Shown here in pieces: positions 1-7,933 of a stretch of DNA of 64,000 nucleotides. Each line of letters starts with the position of its first letter. Positions within the stretch are counted from its first letter, which is position 1. This DNA is from Mantamonas sphyraenae STR306 (taxonomy: Eukaryota; Protista; CRuMs), in contig JAPMXV010000002.1 in assembly GCA_026936335.1 (NCBI GenBank), positions 124,001-188,000 of the forward strand, written 5' to 3'. Both the position numbers and the translations under genes were made by a program. The notes under the pieces are model-generated. The model was not told where the DNA came from. It saw only the letters and a program-made list of their open reading frames with translations, and did no database searches.

Positions 1-1088
1 GATCGCGGGGTCCGTTTCTGCAACATCAGGAACGGCTGCGCAATGGCCTGGACTCGAGTTTGATCAACACGGGTGCGCTGTTTGACATCATGGTGACGTC
101 GATGCAACGTGTGTTGTCAGACATGCACATCTACGCACAGGATGCCACCACACACCTGCGTGAAGATGTGCATGCCCTTCGTGCACTGTCCACCACCACC
201 ACCACCACCACCTCATCCTCCTCCTCCTCCTCGTTGTTGGAATCCCAAGCGGTGTGGAAGGACACACAGGCACAGCAACATTGCGCCGTCATGCTCGTCA
301 CGCTTTCCACCGTCATGCGAGGACTGCGTGCAGCCAGTGCAGCCGTCGCTGAGGACACACTGGCACAGGATCATTCCACAGGAAGCAGCAGCGCAAGTGG
401 TGTTGGCGCTGGTGAACAGAGTGGTGGTGGGCGTGTGGGTTCGTTGACAGATGCGAAACGGTCGAAACTGGAGGCCAGGATGATGGGAGGGCGACGGAGA
501 CGGACGGATGACACACAGGACAGGCAACGGCAATTGGAGTCACTATGCAGGCAAGTGGACGGGCTGGTCAACGACGTGGCGCTAATCCTGCTCTTTGCAG
601 CCCTTGGTACGGATCAGGTGGATGTGCTGTGGGAGTGGTGTGCACGCATGGCCCGGATGGACGTGTGGCGAACGGTGACGGAACGCACGCGCGTAGTGCG
701 GCAGCAGGACGAATCGTCGTCGCAGCAGGAGCTGATCACCTCAACCACCAACACCACCACCACCACCAACACAACAACAACAACGACAACGACAGTGCAG
801 GAAGAAGAGGAGGATTTGGAATCACTGTGGCCAGGGTATGCGTTGGTGCACGAGCTGTGGATCAAGTTGATGCTGTTGGGGGTGGTCAGGAGCAGCGGCA
901 TGGAGCGAGCGTTGCTACGCATGCTACAGGAAGCAGACAGCCACGAACGCACCGCTGTGGCTCACATGATCCTGGAATTGGTGGATCTGCACAGTGCCGA
1001 GGCCGACGTGCATGGTGGTGACGTGTTCCATCCGCTGCAGTTTGCTCGTGTGCGCCGCTTCGCCCAGCACATTTCCATCGGCCCATGA
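1..1088 (+). CDS. Hypothetical protein, 5'-partial (helical C-terminus with poly-Thr/Ser tracts)
   Basis: The frame is open from nt 3 to TGA at 1086-1088, so the gene starts upstream of the window. No recognisable family. Its stop overlaps the next ATG (ATGA). Confidence 0.7.
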   Translation, partial: SRGPFLQHQERLRNGLDSSLINTGALFDIMVTSMQRVLSDMHIYAQDATTHLREDVHALRALSTTTTTTTSSSSSSSLLESQAVWKDTQAQQHCAVMLVTLSTVMRGLRAASAAVAEDTLAQDHSTGSSSASGVGAGEQSGGGRVGSLTDAKRSKLEARMMGGRRRRTDDTQDRQRQLESLCRQVDGLVNDVALILLFAALGTDQVDVLWEWCARMARMDVWRTVTERTRVVRQQDESSSQQELITSTTNTTTTTNTTTTTTTTVQEEEEDLESLWPGYALVHELWIKLMLLGVVRSSGMERALLRMLQEADSHERTAVAHMILELVDLHSAEADVHGGDVFHPLQFARVRRFAQHISIGP

Positions 1089-1640
1089 GCACCAAGGCCA
1101 AGAAGAACTTTTTCCAGGTTGCTTCCCTGCTCAGCGAGGGCGGCGTTGGCCATCGAATGTACAGAACTTTGTGGAGTGGCCGCTACTCTGAGCCGTCGTA
1201 CTGGACTGTGACGCGCATCAAGCCCACCCAGGTCCGTTTCCTCTTTGCCCATTATCTCCACGGCCCCCGCACAGACGCACGCAACACGCACACACGCCGT
1301 AAACGTATCCATGGCCCACGCCATCTTGCAGAGACAACACACAAATGCGTGTGGTTGCCTGATCTGTATTCAGTGTGCCACACAACCGCGGGTTGGTCGT
1401 GGAGGCATGCGCAACCGCACGACACCAGCCGCTGACACACGACACACGACACACACACACACACACACACACACGTACCTCGCAACGGTGGACACATTAC
1501 AGGATGGCATGCATGGAAAGGCATGGGGTGTACTTACTTGGAGGGGCGCCGAGCTGGGCAAGGAGCAACGCATCCGCGGAGTGTTGAAGCGCGGCTGGCG
1601 ATTCCTGAAACCCGGCAGCGAAGGCGAAATGACAATGTGA
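1085..1640 (+). CDS. MRPS34: Mitochondrial ribosomal protein mS34, 94 aa, join(1085..1231,1503..1640)
   Basis: Spliced product KKNFFQVASLLSEGGVGHRMYRTLW...SYWTVTRIKPTQ|DGMHGKAWGVLTWRG...IRGVLKRGW matches mS34 motifs (G-x-G, YW-x-VT, HGKAWG). The GT..AG intron 1232-1502 (gctgac branch point) keeps the frame. Confidence 0.85.
1449..1474. repeat. (AC)13 microsatellite in the mS34 intron
   Basis: Read directly. Similar CA/GT runs occur in most introns of the window. Confidence 0.95.
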
Positions 1641-1728
1641 GCAAAAAGGGGATGAGAACAACACAGGGAATGCAATGCATTTTGTTGCACCACACCCTCG
1701 GCACAGGGCAACATCATCATCATCACGA

Positions 1729-4700
1729 TCAAATCACATTCTCCTGGTGCACGTGACCAAAGTACAGGCGGAAACGCGGCTCGCGCTCCAATCCCTGCAC
1801 GTAGGCATGCAGATCGGCCAGCAGGGTCATTGCACATGGCACTGTCTGTCTCTCATCTGCATCCTTGTCGTCTTGGCCCAGCAGCAGCCCCTGATACTCG
1901 ATGTACGGGGCAAGAAACGGCGGCGTTTCCTGATCACTGTCGCCACACCCATCGCTCACCTCCTCCAAACCTGGCACCTGCGCGGCAAAACCGGGGAGGA
2001 CGGCATCGTAGAGGGCAGCATGTGCGAGCAGATCGTCACGCACGAGCTGGATGGCTGTGTGGAACACCTGCTGCGTGGGTTGCATGGCATGAGCCCTGCA
2101 GTGGGACCACAACAGACCGTAGTTGGGGTCGGTGTTGATGCACAGACGCACGAGGTGCCCCAAATCCGCGTCGAGGCCGTCGGTGAGCAACTCCAGACGC
2201 ACGGCCTCGATGAGCGAGTCGCCGTACTGCGGCGTGAAGTGCAGTGCGTAGTCCAAGCAGCGGCGGGCACGCTCCAGGTCAAAGTAGGGCGAGCACGGGT
2301 CCATAAACAGCCGCGCAGCCTCGCAAAAGATTTCGCCCGACTTGGGACAGCCAAGCAGGGCTTCCTTGAACAGACGCATCTGCGCCTGCGGCTGACCTGC
2401 GTGCAGCTGGATGCACACCGCCCACAGGCGACCCGTGTGCGGATGGGCCTCGAGGGCGGCCTGCGCCAGCGCCACCGCGCGCGTGTTGTCGCCCGCACGC
2501 ATCTCCAGCAGCACCGACTCCATGTGCAGCTTCCACTCGCGGTCGCCGTGGCTCTCGCGCGCCTTGGTCAACACCTCGCGTGCCTGTGCCGTCTCACCCA
2601 CAAACTCCAGCATGCGTGACTGTTCCAACAGCACGGCGGTGCGCAGCTTGCGTGGCACCTCGGCCATCGCTCGTTCCACCAGCAGCGCCGCCTCGCGCGC
2701 GTTGCCAAACAGCAATTCCGTCTTGGCACCGCCCAGGTACACCTTCCAGCGCAGGTTTTCCGCAGCCGCACGCACCGCCTCCACGTACGCCCCCTGCGCG
2801 CGTTCCAGCTCTCCTGCACGCGCCCACACCTGTGCCATCTCAAAGTGCACCCGCCACACCAGTTCCCGGGAAATCTGCGCCAGCGCCGCAGACTCCACCG
2901 CTTCCAGGGCCTCCATCCCTCCGGGGTCCTTTGTGTACACCGGTTGTCCGCAACAGCTGCTGCTGCTGCTCCTGCTCCTGCTGTCCTCGATGTCCTCGTG
3001 CTCCGCCTGTTCCTGCGCTTGTTCATCATCAGCTGCTGCTGCCGCTGCTGCCTCCAGCATCAACTTCTCGCGCAGACGCAAGGCGGCAAACCACAGGGGA
3101 CCGTACCGGGGCACGGTGTCGAGTGCAGCCATGCACTGGTCCAGGGCCGCGGCGTGGTTTTCCCACTTTTCCTCCCACTTGACGCTGTCCAGGTGGATGG
3201 GCGCATACCAACCCACCTGGGTGGCCAGAAACGCAAACACGGCGCGTGCCGTGTCACGCTGACCTGCACGTGCCTCCATCTGGGCCCCCTCCAGCAGCAC
3301 CTTCCAGCACGAGTCCACCTCTTCGTTGCGCAGGCCGGCCAGCAGCGCACGTGCTCCGCCGTGGTTCTGCAGCCGCTCCTCCAGCCGGATGGAGCGCACC
3401 AGCAGCGCCTCGTTCAGGGGACAGTACCGCAGGCCGCGAGCCAGCGTGGCACGGCACGCCACAAACCTGCCCGAATCCTCCTCCATCTTGGCACGTTCCA
3501 TCCACACCTTGGACGCATACGGCTGCAGGGCCTCGATGCGATCAAACAGACCCCACACCGCGTCCATGTTGGATTCCCGCCGTTCCAGATCCGCAAGCTC
3601 CAACAGGATGCGCCAGTGCGTCTTGTCTGGCATCTGAGTCAGCTCCTCCTCTGCATACGCACGTGCCTCTCCACTCTCCACCTGCCTGCGAGCTCGAAAC
3701 TCGCGCAGGAAGCCCTTGAGCTTGTCCTTGGAACGCGGCGTTTCTTGCAACTGGCGCAGACGAGGCGAATCCAACGTGGAGCTGCCAATGCCGTCGTCGT
3801 CCTCCCCATCCTCACTCTCCGGGTGCACCTCGCACGAGGACGAGGACGAGGAAGAAGGGGAAGATGGCACAGAATCCTCAGACACATCTTCACTGCTGCT
3901 CGCATACGACGTGCTCCAGTGTCCAGTGCCCTGCAAGGGCAATGACGTGGAAAGGGACGAAGAGGACGAGCTGTTGGGAAGCACTGCCACGCCGACAATC
4001 ATGCCCGGTGGCGCCATTGCAACTGCACGGCTGCCACCAACCAGAGCTGGCTTGCCTGCAGAAGGAGGACTGAACAGTCGCACGCGTGCATACTCTTCTT
4101 GAGCAGGGACATACATGCGAGTGCGTACCACCTGGCCTGAAGGCGTGAGAGGCGGCGGCGGACCGAGCAGCGATTTCGATGATTTTGAACCGCCGCTCTT
4201 GTTGCCGTTGCCCACTTTTGGCGCCAACGTCTCGGCAGAGCTGGCCATGATCACGTTCTGCTGCGTCATGCTGCGAGGTTGGAGCACCTGTGATGCGGAT
4301 GCCTGGTTGAAATTCAGCACCTGCACATGCACTTGCGTTCCATTGTTCTCGTCCTGCTCTGCGTCGTCGCTGCGGTTCGCGCTCGACGATGAAAACGACA
4401 TCTGCGGGAAAAGCTGCACATCGAACAGCTGCTGCGTAATCGGCTGCATGCGCACATGTGAGTCCTGGCTGCCATCAGACGATGTCTGACTGCCATTCAT
4501 CAGCCCATGCTCGTTTCCGTAGCTGCTTCCTTCATCCTTGCTTCGCTTGCTGCTTTGCCGCTGGTGACCCGGTGTGCGGCGGAAGATCCGCGACGGACTC
4601 GGCCGCTTGATGGCGCTGCTGCTGCGCAGCTGCACCACAGGCGACGTGAACCCGCCTCCGTTCAGCATTTGCTGCTGTTGGTCATACGACAAAGTTGATG

Positions 4701-4737
4701 ATGATGATGATGATGATGATGATGACAAGGAGGTCAT
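1729..4737 (-). CDS. HAT/TPR-repeat protein related to the C-terminal part of PRP6; Ser-rich disordered N-terminus
   Basis: Repeated W-x3-A-x2-E helical motifs; C-terminus PKSGEIFCEAARL...FTPQYGDS...CINTDPNYGLLW resembles the PRP6 end. Start placed at ATG 4737 because ORF-track starts further upstream overlap the neighbouring gene. Confidence 0.7.
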   Translation of the reverse strand: MTSLSSSSSSSSSSTLSYDQQQQMLNGGGFTSPVVQLRSSSAIKRPSPSRIFRRTPGHQRQSSKRSKDEGSSYGNEHGLMNGSQTSSDGSQDSHVRMQPITQQLFDVQLFPQMSFSSSSANRSDDAEQDENNGTQVHVQVLNFNQASASQVLQPRSMTQQNVIMASSAETLAPKVGNGNKSGGSKSSKSLLGPPPPLTPSGQVVRTRMYVPAQEEYARVRLFSPPSAGKPALVGGSRAVAMAPPGMIVGVAVLPNSSSSSSLSTSLPLQGTGHWSTSYASSSEDVSEDSVPSSPSSSSSSSCEVHPESEDGEDDDGIGSSTLDSPRLRQLQETPRSKDKLKGFLREFRARRQVESGEARAYAEEELTQMPDKTHWRILLELADLERRESNMDAVWGLFDRIEALQPYASKVWMERAKMEEDSGRFVACRATLARGLRYCPLNEALLVRSIRLEERLQNHGGARALLAGLRNEEVDSCWKVLLEGAQMEARAGQRDTARAVFAFLATQVGWYAPIHLDSVKWEEKWENHAAALDQCMAALDTVPRYGPLWFAALRLREKLMLEAAAAAAADDEQAQEQAEHEDIEDSRSRSSSSSCCGQPVYTKDPGGMEALEAVESAALAQISRELVWRVHFEMAQVWARAGELERAQGAYVEAVRAAAENLRWKVYLGGAKTELLFGNAREAALLVERAMAEVPRKLRTAVLLEQSRMLEFVGETAQAREVLTKARESHGDREWKLHMESVLLEMRAGDNTRAVALAQAALEAHPHTGRLWAVCIQLHAGQPQAQMRLFKEALLGCPKSGEIFCEAARLFMDPCSPYFDLERARRCLDYALHFTPQYGDSLIEAVRLELLTDGLDADLGHLVRLCINTDPNYGLLWSHCRAHAMQPTQQVFHTAIQLVRDDLLAHAALYDAVLPGFAAQVPGLEEVSDGCGDSDQETPPFLAPYIEYQGLLLGQDDKDADERQTVPCAMTLLADLHAYVQGLEREPRFRLYFGHVHQENVI
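4697..4723. repeat. (GAT)9 trinucleotide repeat encoding poly-Ser on the minus strand
   Basis: Read directly. One of many coding trinucleotide runs (others near 190, 750, 25830, 33460-33555, 38380, 51940). Confidence 0.9.
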
Positions 4738-4765
4738 TCGATGCTTCTTTTTTTTGGTTGGCTCC

Positions 4766-7765
4766 TCACCCGCTGCTCGCCTCATGCAGCACAATGTGTG
4801 GCACTCCAGCTGCCTGCTGTTCCTCGCTTTCATCCTCACTCGACGATTCCCACTCGTCCTCGTCCTCGTCCTCGTCTCCGTCATCATCTGCACTCAGAAG
4901 GGGCATCCTGTACTCGACAAGTCCATCGTCAAATCTCAGAGTGCGCTGTGCATGTCCCTGTGTGCCATCCACATTCTCGTCGTCCTGTGTCTTCTCTTTG
5001 GTGCTCTGCTGTTGCTTCACCTTCATCATCATCTTCTTCTTCTTCTTACCCCCCTCCAGCTTGCTGCCCTTCTTCTTGCTTCCCTTGCGTCCACGCTTTG
5101 CGGATGACCCTCTCCTCTTTGTGCCGCTGCGGCTTTTGCTCCGTCCAATGGGCTTCATGGGTGTGGGGGACGGCTGTGTGTCCCACATCGCGTCAAAGGA
5201 GCCCAGGAAGGCCTTGCCGTATATCAGCTGGATGACGCGTTCGCGTGTCATCAACTTGTCGATCACCTGAGCTCTTTGCTCCGCCGTCATGGCCAACACG
5301 AGCTCACTGTCCGTCACAAAGGCCCCACTGCCCAACACGGTGCTGCCGCGCCGCGACGACGCCCCTGTGGACGGTCCGGGCGACAGCGACAGCTGCGTGC
5401 TCCTGCGTGACGATGCACTCGACGGTCGTCTCGACAGAAGTGCAGACGAGCCAGGTGATGACAGTGACACCGAACCACGCTTAGGTGTGCCCGGGGAACG
5501 AGGCACGGCCGGAGACGACGACGCAGAGATGGATCCCGAACGGATCCCCTGCATGCGTCGCCGGTGCTCCACAGCCGATTGCTCTTTGCGTGCCTGCTCC
5601 AACTCGCTCTGCACGTCTTCCAGCGCTTGCTTCAGCAGCAGTTGCAGCTCGTTCTTCTGGTCTCGCTCATGCGCCAACTCTCGCTTCAATCGCCGGTTCA
5701 GCTCCTTCTCCTGACCCATGATCTCTCGCAACCTCGCCATGTCCTCCTTTAGCATGTGTACACTGCGTCCCGAGAACGCCGTTGCTTCCCCGCCGTTCCC
5801 ATTCCCGTTCCCGTTCCCGTTTCCGCTTCCGCGTCGGCTGTTCGACTCCACGCTGCCCGCTGGAGACGGGGGTACGGGCGTGTGCCCATACCCCAGCGTA
5901 CTGCGTCGCTTGCCCGCCATCGCTTGCCGTGCCACCAGACTCAGCCGCGTCGGTGACGCAGGTGTCGTTTCGTCCCGCACACCATTTCCTCGCGACTCGC
6001 CGCCGCCATTCGCTCGACTCTCCGCCACCTCTGCCTCCAATGCACTCATTCGTTCCCGCATGGCTGCGTTTGTGGTTTGCATGATGGACAGCTCCGAGCG
6101 CAGCCGACGCACCTCTTCGCGAGCTTCGTTCATCTGCCGCGACACGTGCTGGTCGTGGATGGCGGTGAATCCATCGTCGATTCGCATGCGTCTCTTCTCA
6201 TCCATCAAGTTCTTGCGCATTTCCTTGTACCGCAGTGCCTCCTTGCGTGCAGTGGTGGCACTGGCACTCAGCAGCTTGTTCTTTGCCTCCCATTTGGCCT
6301 TCCATGCCTCCTGGTTGGTGGCCTGTGTTGCCAGTTGCTCCTTCATCGCGTGCATGTCGCCCATCACCCGTTTGAACACCCTTGCGTCCCTGTTCACGCG
6401 CATCTGTTGCAACTCCCCTATTTTCTCGTGGATTTTCGTCTGCATGCTCTGCAGTGTTTGCACATGCATGGTGTAATCCACCTCAAACTGCTCCCGGATG
6501 ATCTCATGGTCCATCATGGCGTCGTTGTACTCCTCCTCCATCCGTTTCAGCGCCCTTTTCCGTTCGCTCAACTTGGCCAGCTGTTCCTTCACCACCGCCG
6601 ACCCCTTGAAATCCGTCCCCTGCCGTTTCAACAGCTCCCTCTTCCGTTGCACCTCTTCAATCTCCTTCTGCAACTGTTCTTTGGTCCATTCACGCCGCGC
6701 AATCCCCACCAGCTTCCGCAGCCGGTCACGTTCCTCCGCCGCTGCCGACTCGCGCCTCTGGTACGACGCCAACCGCTTCTCTGCCTCCACGCGCATCTCA
6801 TCCAGCCGCGTGTGTAGCTTTTCGTTCTCATCGTGCAATCGTCTCAACGCGTCGCCCTGCTGCCTGACCAGGCGCGAACCCTTTGTGGATCGACGGATGA
6901 GCGATTGAACCCACGTTTCCAGGTCCACCTCGTCCTCCTCGTCGCTGTGTGTCCCATCGCCTGCTCCTCGCATGGCCACCGCCAATGCACTGTCCTTGTT
7001 CAGCATCAGTTCGTCGCGTTCAATCTCCGTCACCAGCGACGATGGACGACGCCCTCTGCCGTCGCCGCCGTCACGCCCCGCGTCGTCGCCCGCCACACTC
7101 GCTCGTCGTGACGACCTTTTGTTGGCTGCCTGCAGGATTTCGTTCAACAGTTGCGTGTGGCTGCTTCGACGCTGCTTCTCCTGCGTCAGCGAGGTCCTCC
7201 TGCGTGCCGCGGTGGCGATTTCGCTCAGCAGAAGCGACCGTTGTGTCTTGTTGTCTGCGCCCCTCCCTCCTCGTCCCTTGCCGCCCCTTCCACCTCCTCC
7301 TCTCATCTTGCGCATGCTTGCCTCGTTCAGAGCCCGCATTAAAATCCGCGCTGCCACTGCCCCTTCCTCCTCGTGATCCCCTTCTTCGTCGCTCTCCTCC
7401 TCCCCGGCTGCCTCTCCCAGCGACTTGATTTCCTCCATCAGACTGCTGTGAGCATGGGATGCCACATTCGTCGTGCGCCCTTTTGCCCTCCCACCTTTGC
7501 CCTCTCGTCCCAGCTGCCCTTTTGCTCGCGGGCTTCCTCCTCCCCTTCCATTGCGCTCCTCCAGCGACGAGATGTCCAGCAGCACCTGGCTCTGCATCGC
7601 TTTTACACGCGCTCGTGCACTCAGATCCGTTTCCTTGGGAGGAGGAGGCGCAGGCGGAGGTGCACTGTGTGAAGTTCCACCCTGCAAGCCCCTGTCCGTG
7701 TCATGTGTCAGACTGCTCGGTGGGGCAGGTGGCGGCGGCGGAGGCGGCGCCGCGGACGTCGACAT
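4766..7765 (-). CDS. Proline-rich, long coiled-coil protein (possible BBOF1/CFAP157-like C-terminus)
   Basis: ~1000-aa ORF with polyproline N-terminus and ~400 aa of heptad-rich sequence. ELQLLLKQALEDVQSEL and MTAEQRAQVIDKLMTRERVIQLIYGKAF resemble basal-body coiled-coil proteins. A small upstream exon from ATG 7870 (GTACGC...GCGCAG intron) is possible and stays in frame. Confidence 0.7.
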   Translation of the reverse strand: MSTSAAPPPPPPPAPPSSLTHDTDRGLQGGTSHSAPPPAPPPPKETDLSARARVKAMQSQVLLDISSLEERNGRGGGSPRAKGQLGREGKGGRAKGRTTNVASHAHSSLMEEIKSLGEAAGEEESDEEGDHEEEGAVAARILMRALNEASMRKMRGGGGRGGKGRGGRGADNKTQRSLLLSEIATAARRRTSLTQEKQRRSSHTQLLNEILQAANKRSSRRASVAGDDAGRDGGDGRGRRPSSLVTEIERDELMLNKDSALAVAMRGAGDGTHSDEEDEVDLETWVQSLIRRSTKGSRLVRQQGDALRRLHDENEKLHTRLDEMRVEAEKRLASYQRRESAAAEERDRLRKLVGIARREWTKEQLQKEIEEVQRKRELLKRQGTDFKGSAVVKEQLAKLSERKRALKRMEEEYNDAMMDHEIIREQFEVDYTMHVQTLQSMQTKIHEKIGELQQMRVNRDARVFKRVMGDMHAMKEQLATQATNQEAWKAKWEAKNKLLSASATTARKEALRYKEMRKNLMDEKRRMRIDDGFTAIHDQHVSRQMNEAREEVRRLRSELSIMQTTNAAMRERMSALEAEVAESRANGGGESRGNGVRDETTPASPTRLSLVARQAMAGKRRSTLGYGHTPVPPSPAGSVESNSRRGSGNGNGNGNGNGGEATAFSGRSVHMLKEDMARLREIMGQEKELNRRLKRELAHERDQKNELQLLLKQALEDVQSELEQARKEQSAVEHRRRMQGIRSGSISASSSPAVPRSPGTPKRGSVSLSSPGSSALLSRRPSSASSRRSTQLSLSPGPSTGASSRRGSTVLGSGAFVTDSELVLAMTAEQRAQVIDKLMTRERVIQLIYGKAFLGSFDAMWDTQPSPTPMKPIGRSKSRSGTKRRGSSAKRGRKGSKKKGSKLEGGKKKKKMMMKVKQQQSTKEKTQDDENVDGTQGHAQRTLRFDDGLVEYRMPLLSADDDGDEDEDEDEWESSSEDESEEQQAAGVPHIVLHEASSG

Positions 7766-7933
7766 GTCGATGGTTTGCCTCGTCCTGCGCACCCACCCAC
7801 CCACCCACCCACACACACACACACACATGTCGATCATCCGACATCGTACCAAGCGTACATGATTGGCATGTTGCATGTTGAGGATGGATGCAGCGCCGGC
7901 GGAGGCAGGCAAAGTTTGACTCCGGGGGGGAAA

